A stretch of DNA of 50,276 nucleotides from Thiotrichales bacterium (GTDB lineage: Bacteria > Pseudomonadota > Gammaproteobacteria > CAZUMV01), in assembly GCA_012961935.1 (NCBI GenBank), contig DTYI01000244.1, positions 1 to 50,276 of the forward strand. The letters run 5' to 3'. Shown one piece after another: positions 10,349 through 18,605 of the stretch. The stretch's first letter is position 1. Every line of letters starts with the position of its first letter. The notes under the pieces were generated by a model, which was given only the letters and a program-made list of their open reading frames with translations, had not been told where the DNA came from and searched no databases. A program made the translations under genes and the position numbers.

Positions 10349-13300
10349 GACTGGCTCGCTTAATCAGGGCTGGCGGCAAGTGATTTCGCTGACCGGCATA
10401 CCAGTCTGCTGAACGCGCTACCGTGGGTATCTGCTCCAGTTGTTCAGCCTGGGGTTGCCAGCGTTGCCAGCCGTGTTCCGGCTCGAAATAGTGAATCGCG
10501 TCCGTGTCTGGATCTTTGGCCGAGAGTAACAACCAGCCGTTTTCGACCAGTTGCCGAATCGGTGCCTGGCGTTTGTAAATTCCAGTCAGGACTTCCGTCG
10601 ATGCCTCGACCATCAGTTGCAGGCGCATCGGTTCGTGTATTGCGATCATTTGCTGGGGCAGGCCTGTGCGCAGGTCACTGGAGCCACCTTCCATGACGCC
10701 GAGCAGACCGGAAAGGTTGTGCATGATTTTTGAGCCGGCGCCATAGTAGTCATTATTAACGGTCGAAAAATAATATTCCAGATTAATGCCAACGCCGACC
10801 GGCCCAACGCTTAATAAAAGGTTTTCCAGCAAGCTACCTTCTGGATCAGTTGATGCGTCATATGAGATCAGGAAACAACGGCGGTCAAAAAAAGCACTGT
10901 GCGTGAAAGCGCGCCGCCCGACAAATCCCACGGCATTGGTGGCATGACCAAGCTCGGGTCTGGCCTGACTGAAATCAACCGCGCGACCGGCGATATGTCT
11001 GGCAGCCTGATCCAGGGAGGGATTGAGCGGCGCGGAGGCCAGTTTGCGGCAACGTTCATGGGCAGAGTGTTTTGCCGCCAGCTTGAGATCGCTAACCAGC
11101 TCGTTAAATCTGTCTCGTAGAGTGGCGGGTATCAGGTCGCGATCTTGCCAGAGAATATCCTCGTTACAGGTGTCGTGTTCAGCGCCCACAAACCAGCAAT
11201 CGTCAGGGATGGTAATGTTCTCTTCAGCCAGACGTTGCCGTACTTCGATATGGTTGGCCATGGCTGCAAAAACGCGTGCATTCGGGCCGCTGTATTTGCC
11301 GCTGCAGGCGCCGCATCCGTATGCGGCGGTATGTGGATTATTTTCGTTTCTGGAATAGTGGCCCATCATCACAACGAAGTGTCCAAAGCCGTTAGTCAGG
11401 CCATTGGTGCGCAGAAAGCCTGCCACAATTTTGGCCTGTTCCGCGATCGTAAAACCGTGCTGGTTGTGAGTGGCTGATCGCTGTTCATCCTCTGCTTCGA
11501 CGGTAAGTTTTAGCCTTGTACTCACATCATTATTAAAGAGCCGACTCAGATTGCTCCATTGCAGCGGCAGTAAAATTTTACTCGCCAGCGTAATCAATGT
11601 GGCAGGCGCTGCTGTTACGATGAGGCCTGCGGCGGTGAGTACAGAACGGCGGGTTTTCTGCATCAGCAGGGTTTTTAGTCGACTTTTGAATTGTTGACGG
11701 CGGCGATGTTTTTCTACGGCATTTTCTGCGCCGGGGCTGGCGACTTCTTCAATCTGATGGGTGGGTGTCTTCACGACTGGGCAAAGCGCCACGGGTTTTT
11801 GTTCATCCAGGCCCTGCCAGTTCATCACGATATCAAAAAAAGCGGCGGCGCCGAGTGTCTCGATGGTTGGGTTTAATGTTTCAAGATGTCTGCGTATGCC
11901 TTCCTCACGGTCATCCATACAAAAGATAACCTGAGCTGCCGGGCGGTCTGTCCGGTCAGCCCATAATCCACGTGCGTGATTTTTGCTGATGGCGGCAAAT
12001 ATCTGCTCACGGTAGTGATGCTCATAAGTCTGAAGCAGAAGAAAACCGGCAGTTTCGGGTTCGAGCCGGTCAATGCAGGCAAATAAAACGTTGATCTGTT
12101 CTGACTGCATGGCCCGGATGTCAGCACCACAAAGCCCCAGGTGCTGTGCCAGCCGGAATAATTTCCAGCCATGCTCGTAAACGTTATATCCCGTTTGTTT
12201 TTTACCGGCCGGGCTTTGCTGCCAGGTCCAGATCATATGCGCCAGTTGATGCCAGGTTTCGGCAGGGTAATTATCGACCGTAGACCGTTCTATTAACTGC
12301 TGGGCAAGTGTAATCAGATATTCCGGTAGCTGCTGGTTATAAAGCGCGTCACGTACCAGAAATTCAGAGTTGTTGCGGCGAAAGTAGCCACGAATATCAG
12401 ACAGGTTGGCGGCGACCAGCCATTTTTCACGGCAGAGCCGGTTGGCAAACAGATGTTCCAGCACCAGCCGTACAGCCAGGTAATCCATTATTTGCGTATT
12501 CGTTTCCAGGCCTTCGTAACCAGGATGGTTATGACGCCAGTAGAACATGCCTGACCAGCCAGGCAAATCCAGCGCCAGCCGTTTGATGTAGCCAGCCCAG
12601 CTGGATTTTGGGAGACCCATGCGCATGAGCTCGGTCATGATCGTATCCAGCGGATCATCGGGCAAGGAATCGATGTGTTCCTCCCAGTCCGGCAGCTGAT
12701 TGAGCATCCAGCTCAGATCAGTTTTTGCGCTGTTTTTCCACGCCCGATAAAAGCCACCTTGTTGATCCGATGCTTGCCAGGCAGCGATGCCCTGATCCAG
12801 CCAGTTGGCAATATAGTGCTGAAAATACGGCAAAATCTCGTCCTGGATATCAGTGCCGGTGAGCTTTTGTAGCAGTCCTCGGAGCGTAAATTTGTTACCC
12901 AGTTGCAAAAAAAGGGCTTCACGCTGTGTTCTGGTTTCCTGTTTGATCAGTCTGTCGATCCGGGCTGTTTTTGTATCCTCACTTTCTTCTGTAAAGAGGT
13001 TGGCAAACAATCGTTGCGCATCGTCTGGCGCCAGATCAACCAGCGCCTCGGGGTGAAGCATTTGCACATCCAGATCCAGCGTTTCCAGACAGGCCGCCCA
13101 AAGATCCTGAATGGCCAAAGATTCAGAGGCAAGCCCTTGCTTGTTTGCGCGTTCCAGTATGCTGGAGCGCGCATCTTCTGACACATCACGCTGTATTTTG
13201 TCCAGCGCATATGCTTCATCAACCTGCCAGTTGAACTGGCAGGGAGAAATACCTTTGAGTGGAAACAGCAACCCGACGCGATAAATATCTCGGCGGAAAA

Positions 13301-13628
13301 TACGGCCAGAGTCCGTTTCAAAAACGGCCTCGTTTGCCTGCAGGGATTTATCTTTATCGAGGACCGTGTCCAGATCGGTGTTGGTTATACGCCCTTGTTT
13401 ATAGTGGTCGCGGAATTGCGCCTGTGACTGGTAACCGTAAGCACCAGTCAGTTCATGTGTGGTTTTTAGTGCATCCTGAAACTTCAGATGCTGAAAGCCA
13501 TGCAGCGTGTTGTGATGGACAAAGTCTTTGATGGGGGCCTGGGCAGGAAGAATATGACTGAACTCATCCAGCAGATCGAGTAATTGTTCCTGAGGGGTTC
13601 TTTGTGTGGATGTATGATCGGCTGCCAT
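10341..13628 (-). CDS. dabA: DabA (DUF2309) inorganic-carbon pump subunit, unusually long (1095 aa)
   Basis: N-terminal PIKDFVHHNTLHGF motif. A beta-CA-like CxDxR motif FCMDDRE (Cys570 codon 11919-11921, Asp572 codon 11913-11915). GHYSRNENNPHTAAYGCGAC has His757 (11358-11360) and Cys772 (11313-11315) 15 residues apart. As I recall, this is the same spacing as the H. neapolitanus DabA2 ligands H524/C539. It is flanked by a NuoL-like gene. Confidence 0.88.
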   Translation of the reverse strand: MAADHTSTQRTPQEQLLDLLDEFSHILPAQAPIKDFVHHNTLHGFQHLKFQDALKTTHELTGAYGYQSQAQFRDHYKQGRITNTDLDTVLDKDKSLQANEAVFETDSGRIFRRDIYRVGLLFPLKGISPCQFNWQVDEAYALDKIQRDVSEDARSSILERANKQGLASESLAIQDLWAACLETLDLDVQMLHPEALVDLAPDDAQRLFANLFTEESEDTKTARIDRLIKQETRTQREALFLQLGNKFTLRGLLQKLTGTDIQDEILPYFQHYIANWLDQGIAAWQASDQQGGFYRAWKNSAKTDLSWMLNQLPDWEEHIDSLPDDPLDTIMTELMRMGLPKSSWAGYIKRLALDLPGWSGMFYWRHNHPGYEGLETNTQIMDYLAVRLVLEHLFANRLCREKWLVAANLSDIRGYFRRNNSEFLVRDALYNQQLPEYLITLAQQLIERSTVDNYPAETWHQLAHMIWTWQQSPAGKKQTGYNVYEHGWKLFRLAQHLGLCGADIRAMQSEQINVLFACIDRLEPETAGFLLLQTYEHHYREQIFAAISKNHARGLWADRTDRPAAQVIFCMDDREEGIRRHLETLNPTIETLGAAAFFDIVMNWQGLDEQKPVALCPVVKTPTHQIEEVASPGAENAVEKHRRRQQFKSRLKTLLMQKTRRSVLTAAGLIVTAAPATLITLASKILLPLQWSNLSRLFNNDVSTRLKLTVEAEDEQRSATHNQHGFTIAEQAKIVAGFLRTNGLTNGFGHFVVMMGHYSRNENNPHTAAYGCGACSGKYSGPNARVFAAMANHIEVRQRLAEENITIPDDCWFVGAEHDTCNEDILWQDRDLIPATLRDRFNELVSDLKLAAKHSAHERCRKLASAPLNPSLDQAARHIAGRAVDFSQARPELGHATNAVGFVGRRAFTHSAFFDRRCFLISYDASTDPEGSLLENLLLSVGPVGVGINLEYYFSTVNNDYYGAGSKIMHNLSGLLGVMEGGSSDLRTGLPQQMIAIHEPMRLQLMVEASTEVLTGIYKRQAPIRQLVENGWLLLSAKDPDTDAIHYFEPEHGWQRWQPQAEQLEQIPTVARSADWYAGQRNHLPPALIKRASHG

Positions 13629-13632
13629 CAGT

Positions 13633-15135
13633 TCAGGCTCCCAAAAGCAGTCGTTGGAATTCGTAAATCGTGGGGTTGATCAGTTGCAGTAATGGCGCCG
13701 GGTAGAAGCCGAGAATAATAATGCCCGCCGTCAGGATAGCAGCGGCAAGCATTTCCTGCGGACGCAGATCCTTGACATCGGCCATGGCTGATTTAGTCGG
13801 GCCGGTAAAAAGATACTTCACCGTCCTGATGCCGTAAGCCACACTGATCAGAATGCCCAGGCTGAGTATCATGATCACCCATCCCCAGGCCTCGAAACCG
13901 CCCAGTAATGCATGCAGTTCAGCAATAAAACCCGCGGTGCCGGGAAAGCCAACTGTTGCGATGAGGGCGATGATAATGAAAAAGGCAAACCGGGGGGTGG
14001 TCTGTAGCAATGATCCGTAATCGTTTACGTCACGGGTGTGGGTTCGTTCATACAGCAGGCCAATCAGCATGAACAGGGCTCCGGCCACCAGACCATGCGC
14101 AACCATTTGATAGACGGCGGCGATCATGCCATTTACGTTTAGCGCGGCGATTCCCAGTAGCACCACACCCATGTGTGAGACTGAGGAGTAAGCGATCATC
14201 TTTTTAAGATCAGTCTGACGCCAGGCAAGCAGGCCACCATAGATAATCCCGATCAGGGCCAGCGCCAGTAAAATTGTCTGCATTGCCTGGGCCGCATGTG
14301 GCAGCATGCCTGTGACACGGATAAGACCATAGGAACCCATTTTGAGCAGGATCCCTGAGAGTAAAATGCTCACCGAACTGGGTGCTTCGACGTGTGCAAT
14401 GGGCAACCAGCCGTGTAACGGAAAGATCGGCATTTTGACGCCGAAACCAATCAGCAGGCCGAGGAAAATCAGGATTTGTTGGCCGCTGTCCAGCAATCTT
14501 GCGCCTTCGGCCATGTTGGCAAATGAGAAGGAGTGTCCGGGTGTGGCGTCGAACAGCACCAGAAGGCTCAATAGCATGAACATCGAACCACCCATGGTGT
14601 AGAGCACAAAATTCAACGAAGCAGATTGGCGCTGTTTGCCGCCCCAGCGATCAATCAGGAAAAACAGCGGGATCAGGGTCAGTTCCCAGAAGACATAAAA
14701 CAAGGCCCAGTCCTGCGCCATGAAAACACCCAGCATGGCTGTTTCCAGTAATAACATCAGTAGGTAATAGCCTTTGGTTTGCCTGGTGATTGAGGCCGAA
14801 GCCAGAATAGCCGCCCAGCAGAGTAGTGCTGCGAGCAAGATCAGAGGATAGGAAAAGCCATCGACCCCGAGCGAGAATGAGGTACCTAACCGGCTGTGCC
14901 AGGTGTGAAAGTAGCTTTGCCACAAGCCTGTTTCAGTGGGTGTCACATCGCCCCAGAGCAGCAGCCAGGTAGCGTAGACCAGTGTCAGGGTTGTAAAAAC
15001 AATTGCGGTATAGCGGAAAAGCCTGGGGTACCTGGCCGGTAGCAGCGCAATCAAAATAGCGCCGCTTAAAGGCAGTAACAGTAAAAACAGTAGTGAGGAT
15101 GACCCCATGTTTTCAGAAAATCCGATCGTAACCAC
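13633..15135 (-). CDS. NuoM/NdhD-like antiporter subunit, first gene of the DAB-like operon
   Basis: 500 aa with a canonical NuoM motif set: FYVFWELTLIPLFFLIDRWGG, GFGVKMPIFPLHGWLPIAHVEAPSSVS, LLKMGSYGLIR and DLKKMIAYSSVSHMG. Its stop is 4 nt before the dabA ATG. The start may be GTG at 15135 or ATG at 15108. Confidence 0.88.
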   Translation of the reverse strand: MVTIGFSENMGSSSLLFLLLLPLSGAILIALLPARYPRLFRYTAIVFTTLTLVYATWLLLWGDVTPTETGLWQSYFHTWHSRLGTSFSLGVDGFSYPLILLAALLCWAAILASASITRQTKGYYLLMLLLETAMLGVFMAQDWALFYVFWELTLIPLFFLIDRWGGKQRQSASLNFVLYTMGGSMFMLLSLLVLFDATPGHSFSFANMAEGARLLDSGQQILIFLGLLIGFGVKMPIFPLHGWLPIAHVEAPSSVSILLSGILLKMGSYGLIRVTGMLPHAAQAMQTILLALALIGIIYGGLLAWRQTDLKKMIAYSSVSHMGVVLLGIAALNVNGMIAAVYQMVAHGLVAGALFMLIGLLYERTHTRDVNDYGSLLQTTPRFAFFIIIALIATVGFPGTAGFIAELHALLGGFEAWGWVIMILSLGILISVAYGIRTVKYLFTGPTKSAMADVKDLRPQEMLAAAILTAGIIILGFYPAPLLQLINPTIYEFQRLLLGA

Positions 15136-15308
15136 CCTGTTTTAATCGGGTGAAAGCTCAGTTGCGCGCAGATAGTTTGTGGCTGCAGCGTTCAGAAAAT
15201 GCTACCAGCCTGATTCAGACTGGTATATTAGCGGGGAATAATACATCTAGAGGCGTGATGAAGCTACTCATAAACCACAAAAATTAACCGTTTTGTGATG
15301 TGCGCAAA

Positions 15309-16493
15309 TTATCCTGGCTGCCCGTCCACCCGAGGACGGATCAGGATCGGGGTGTAGACCCAGAGAAAAATCAGAAACGCCAGTGTCCAGAGTATGCCTG
15401 AGATCAGGATGGCAAAAGTTTCCAGCCCGGATACCAGGGGGAAAAAGACCCGTACCACAGCCGCAATATTAAGCAGTACAAATGACCAGAGCATTACCGG
15501 CTGGAGTACCATTTCCCTGCCGGTGTGACCGATGGAAACGCGCGCCATCATGCCCAGTGTCAGTCCGCCGATGACGCCTGCTGTAAAAGCGTGCATCGCC
15601 AGCATCGGTGAAACAAGACCCGCAACGGCTGCGGCCTTGAGGGCAAAACCAATGACCATCCAGGCATATCCAAATTGCAGCACCCATATCAGTGGTACCG
15701 ATAGCATTTTGTTCGTCCACCACCCAGCCAGGCGGATGCCATGCAGGATCATCAACGCCAAGGACAGGATAACCACCCAGACACCATTAGCAGCAACGCC
15801 ATCGACGACGACCAGCAAAAGCATGCCTGCAATCAGGGCGTACTCAACCACTGGCCAGCTTCGTGTTTTAAATGTCATGCCTAATCCGCGTTCTGTGAAA
15901 AAACCGATCACACGTCCACCGATTATCGTAATCAGCAACAGGATTAAATCTGTTTCTAACAGCATGGCGGTTGAAGCCCATGCCGGTGCAAAATAGACAG
16001 CGGCATGGAGGGCTGCCATTACCAGTAAAAGCGGGATAAAAATCAGGTTGTGGATTTTGCCGGCACGGATGAGTGGTGTCGCAAGCGCGGCTGCGAGCAT
16101 GGGCAAAAAGCTGATGTCCAGCAGAGCAGTCAACCAGACCGGGACAGCGGGAATCAGCAGCGAAAACCGTGGCAACAGAAAAAGTAAAAGTAACGCCGCC
16201 AACCAGAATCCTTTCACTGTTTTGATTCCGGTCCAGTTGGGGACAGCAGTCAGGAGAAAGCCTGCAATGACAGCGACCGAATATCCAAACAACATTTCGT
16301 TGGCGTGCCAGAGCTGGAAGGTAATGGGTCCTTCAACCACGCGGCCAGCCTTATACATCCATAACCACAACGGCATCAGGATGACAGCGACAACCCCGGC
16401 AAACAGGAAAAAAGGTCGGAAGCCTAATTCAAACAGGGCAAACTTGTTTGCTGGGATTTTTGTAGTCGGTTCTTGCAGTGGAATGGTTGCCAT
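15309..16493 (-). CDS. nnrS: NnrS family membrane protein (NO-response heme/copper protein)
   Basis: 394 aa with about 12 TM segments. The N-terminal FALFELGFRPFFLFAG motif is typical of NnrS. A Crp/Fnr regulator is divergent, with an FNR/Dnr-type box between the two genes. Confidence 0.82.
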   Translation of the reverse strand: MATIPLQEPTTKIPANKFALFELGFRPFFLFAGVVAVILMPLWLWMYKAGRVVEGPITFQLWHANEMLFGYSVAVIAGFLLTAVPNWTGIKTVKGFWLAALLLLFLLPRFSLLIPAVPVWLTALLDISFLPMLAAALATPLIRAGKIHNLIFIPLLLVMAALHAAVYFAPAWASTAMLLETDLILLLITIIGGRVIGFFTERGLGMTFKTRSWPVVEYALIAGMLLLVVVDGVAANGVWVVILSLALMILHGIRLAGWWTNKMLSVPLIWVLQFGYAWMVIGFALKAAAVAGLVSPMLAMHAFTAGVIGGLTLGMMARVSIGHTGREMVLQPVMLWSFVLLNIAAVVRVFFPLVSGLETFAILISGILWTLAFLIFLWVYTPILIRPRVDGQPG

Positions 16494-16550
16494 GGTGAAA
16501 ATCTTAGTATTACAGTCGGTTATTATGGTTAGGGATATTGGGCGTTGCCC

Positions 16551-16564
16551 TTGATTTATGTCAA
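16551..16564 (-). promoter_or_regulatory. FNR/Dnr-type box TTGAT-TTAT-GTCAA in the nnrS / crp-fnr divergent region
   Basis: 9 of 10 positions match TTGAT-N4-ATCAA. A minus-strand CATAAT -10-like hexamer (16522-16527) puts the box centre about 42 nt upstream of the implied nnrS start site. Confidence 0.55.
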
Positions 16565-17253
16565 GTCTTCACGGAACATGCGGAATAATGAATAAAGACG
16601 AGATCCGAAAACTTCACCTGTTTGCCGCATTAGACGCGCAACAGTTTGACCATGTTAGTGAAACATCTGTTGCTTCAAAACTGGTTCCTCATCAAAATCT
16701 TTTTTTTCAGGGCGAATCGGCCTCCCATTTCTATCTGTTAGTTTCTGGCCAAATAAAACTCTACCTGTTGTCACCGGAAGGTGAAGAAAAGATTATTGAT
16801 ATTATCCAGCCAGGACAGTTTTTTGCCGAAGCAGTCATGTTTATGGAAGGTCAGCGCTATCCTGTCAACGCGACCGCGCTTGTGGAGTCTGAAGTGCTTG
16901 CTTTTGATAACCATGTTTATCGATCGATCATTGAAAATTCACCCAGGGTTTCGCTGGCAGTACTGTCTGATTTTAGTCGGCGTATGCACTTTATGCTGAA
17001 TGAAATTGACAGATTGGCTTTACATAGCGCCAGCTATCGGTTTGTTTATTATTTGCTGGAGAACGTGAGCGAAGAAGAAAGCCAGATTGACCTGGTGATA
17101 TCAAAACAGACGATTGCTTCCCAGCTCTCGATTAAGCCAGAGACACTTTCGCGGATCCTTAAGCGACTTAGATCAGAAGGCCTGGTGGAAGCGGATGGTC
17201 GACAGATCAAAATTCTGGATCGTGAGGCTTTGCGAGCTGTGTTGTTGAGGTAA
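16558..17253 (+). CDS. Crp/Fnr-family transcription factor, Dnr/NnrR-like (no FNR Cys cluster); the true start is probably ATG 16588
   Basis: Contains a cNMP-binding-like beta-roll plus a C-terminal HTH carrying the FNR-type E--SR recognition motif (PETLSRILKRL). It has no N-terminal Cys cluster. The track start at 16558 lies inside the palindromic box, so MNKDEIRKL at 16588 is more plausible. Confidence 0.85.
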   Translation: MSSLHGTCGIMNKDEIRKLHLFAALDAQQFDHVSETSVASKLVPHQNLFFQGESASHFYLLVSGQIKLYLLSPEGEEKIIDIIQPGQFFAEAVMFMEGQRYPVNATALVESEVLAFDNHVYRSIIENSPRVSLAVLSDFSRRMHFMLNEIDRLALHSASYRFVYYLLENVSEEESQIDLVISKQTIASQLSIKPETLSRILKRLRSEGLVEADGRQIKILDREALRAVLLR

Positions 17254-17402
17254 TTTGTGATGTCAGTCAGAAATCAGCCGGTGAATAGGTCCTTTTGTCG
17301 ACAAAATTAACGCGTATCAGGGAAAAAGTATAAATATCATGTATAACAAACAGAACATTTGTTGAAAACATCTAGAATTTAAAACCTTGTGATGGGGGGC
17401 GT

Positions 17403-17978
17403 ATGAAATTTTGGCTAGCAATAATTTCAGGTTTATGGGCGACTGCCGGGCTGGCGGAAGGCCTTGCCCAGTATGAGATACCCATGGAATCACAAGGCGC
17501 CCGCACATTCTATGTGCAATCAACCATCCCGGGTTGCGGCGAATCAATGTTGCTGGTGGACACAGGCTCAGGCCACAGTGTCATCAATGAAGAAACACTT
17601 GCGAGTCTCATGTCTAACGGCAATGCAGAATTTCTGAAAAACTTGCAGGGCATCATGGCGGATGGCAGCACAAGAATTGTGCCGTTGTACAGGATCTCCG
17701 CCATCACGCTGGGCGGTGGCTGTGTTATCCGCGACGTGGAAGCGGCCGTATTACCTGGTAATGCTCGCCAGATTCTCGGCATCAGTGCGTTGCAAAAAGC
17801 GGCACCTTTCGGATTTTCATTTGAGCCACCCATTTTAAGTCTTAGCAACTGTGAACTACCGGGTGTGCAAACAGCGAACGAAGAAGTTGTGCTGCCTGCA
17901 GAAGCACCTGCTGTGCTACCGGCTGATACTGATCAGAAAACGCCTGTAGAAACACAGGATCTTGCGGCTGCAAGTTAG
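17403..17978 (+). CDS. Secreted retropepsin-like (clan AA) aspartic protease
   Basis: 191 aa with a signal peptide (MKFWLAIISGLWATAGLAEG) and the retropepsin signature LLVDTGSGHSVI. Confidence 0.75.
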   Translation: MKFWLAIISGLWATAGLAEGLAQYEIPMESQGARTFYVQSTIPGCGESMLLVDTGSGHSVINEETLASLMSNGNAEFLKNLQGIMADGSTRIVPLYRISAITLGGGCVIRDVEAAVLPGNARQILGISALQKAAPFGFSFEPPILSLSNCELPGVQTANEEVVLPAEAPAVLPADTDQKTPVETQDLAAAS

Positions 17979-17997
17979 TACACATTGGTAAATAAAG

Positions 17998-18030
17998 AAA
18001 AGCTCCGCTAGTGAACAGCGCGGAGCTTTT
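17998..18030. terminator. Bidirectional Rho-independent terminator between convergent genes
   Basis: An 11-bp stem AAAAGCTCCGC / GCGGAGCTTTT with an 11-nt loop. It is flanked by a T-run on the plus strand (TTTTCCCC) and an A-run upstream, which reads as a U-run on the minus strand. Confidence 0.7.
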
Positions 18031-18105
18031 CCCCATCATCCCTTGATGCTTATGCCGCAGGCAATATGGAGTGTAATATTGCCCGCAATCCTGTAATCGT
18101 TATGA

Positions 18106-18363
18106 TTACTTCTTCTCAGGCATATCCATTGCAGGAGCAGGAATTTCAGAAGTTTCAAACTTTGCAAACTCTTCAACGCTCAGCTCGCCATTTCCATCTG
18201 CATCCAGTGTTTTCCACTGCTCAGTCAGACCTGGCAGTGCAGCAGCTTCAGCTTCACTGATAGAGCCGCTTTTGTCTGCATCCAGCGCAGAGTAAGCATC
18301 ACCAGCAACAGCAACGGTAGAGAAGAGGGCAGCCAGAGTAGCGATCAATAATTTCTTGGACAT
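18106..18363 (-). CDS. Secreted small EF-hand calcium-binding protein (two canonical loops)
   Basis: 85 aa with a signal peptide ending AVA/GD. Two 12-residue EF loops are present: DADKSGSISEAE and DADGNGELSVEE. An AGGAG RBS sits 7 nt upstream of the ATG. Confidence 0.85.
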   Translation of the reverse strand: MSKKLLIATLAALFSTVAVAGDAYSALDADKSGSISEAEAAALPGLTEQWKTLDADGNGELSVEEFAKFETSEIPAPAMDMPEKK

Positions 18364-18430
18364 TTCATATGCTCCTAATTGTTAAGGTTTGAGTTATCAT
18401 AAAATCGCACATGCGATTGCTTTAAGTTAT

Positions 18431-18446
18431 AGCAACCCTTGTGCCA
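18431..18446 (-). promoter_or_regulatory. Sigma54 (-24/-12) promoter driving the EF-hand protein gene
   Basis: The minus strand reads aaaacTGGCACaagggTTGCTataa. This is an exact TGGCAC-N5-TTGCW match with correct GG/GC spacing. The implied start site is near 18420, 57 nt upstream of the ATG. Confidence 0.75.
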
Positions 18447-18521
18447 GTTTTAATAACGGTTAATTATTCAGTGAGTTATATTACAAATCTGATCCGCATG
18501 TTAAAGGAGCCACCCTTATTT

Positions 18522-18539
18522 CGTCGCCAGCAGGCGACA
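18522..18539. promoter_or_regulatory. Candidate enhancer-binding-protein (GlrR-like) site CGTC-N10-GACA
   Basis: CGTCgccagcaggcGACA matches the E. coli GlrR motif TGTC-N10-GACA in 7 of 8 positions. It is centred about 110 nt upstream of the implied sigma54 start site. Confidence 0.5.
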
Positions 18540-18587
18540 CTATTTTTTAAGGATCAGGATGATTGGTATTGCTATCAGGAATTTTGG

Positions 18588-18605
18588 CGTCTCCAAATGG
18601 CGACG
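18588..18605. promoter_or_regulatory. Second candidate GlrR-like site CGTC-N10-GACG
   Basis: CGTCtccaaatggcGACG has the same half-site spacing and sits 66 nt from the first site, about 176 nt upstream of the start site. A degenerate third copy, TGTT-N10-AACA, lies at 18634-18651. Confidence 0.45.

Noticed and set aside
15203-15225. TACCAG-N11-CTGGTA hairpin after nnrS as a possible terminator separating nnrS from the DAB-like operon
   Set aside because: The stem is only 6 bp and the U-tract is weak (GCAUUUUCU). That is insufficient to call, so whether nnrS reads through into the operon remains open.
15532-16554. Plus-strand ORFs of 154 and 168 aa antisense to nnrS. Similar shadow ORFs exist elsewhere: 5065-5523 (antisense to the LCIB-like gene), 36092-36571 (algR), 40524-40952 (hemY) and 42573-44588 (putA). 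ORFs 12947-13321 and 48226-48720 are same-strand, alternate-frame ORFs.
   Set aside because: All lie entirely inside longer ORFs that carry clear family motifs. Their translations are low-complexity or Arg/Pro/Ser-rich, as expected for off-frame reading.
18522-18550. GTCGCC-agca-GGCGAC hairpin followed by CTATTTTTT, which could be a Rho-independent terminator of a glmY-like sRNA upstream of glrK
   Set aside because: I found no plus-strand promoter or sRNA-like unit upstream; that space is occupied by the minus-strand sigma54 promoter. The same CGTC-N10-GAC architecture also recurs 66 nt downstream without a T-run, which favours a protein-binding site. A terminator cannot be fully excluded without transcript data.
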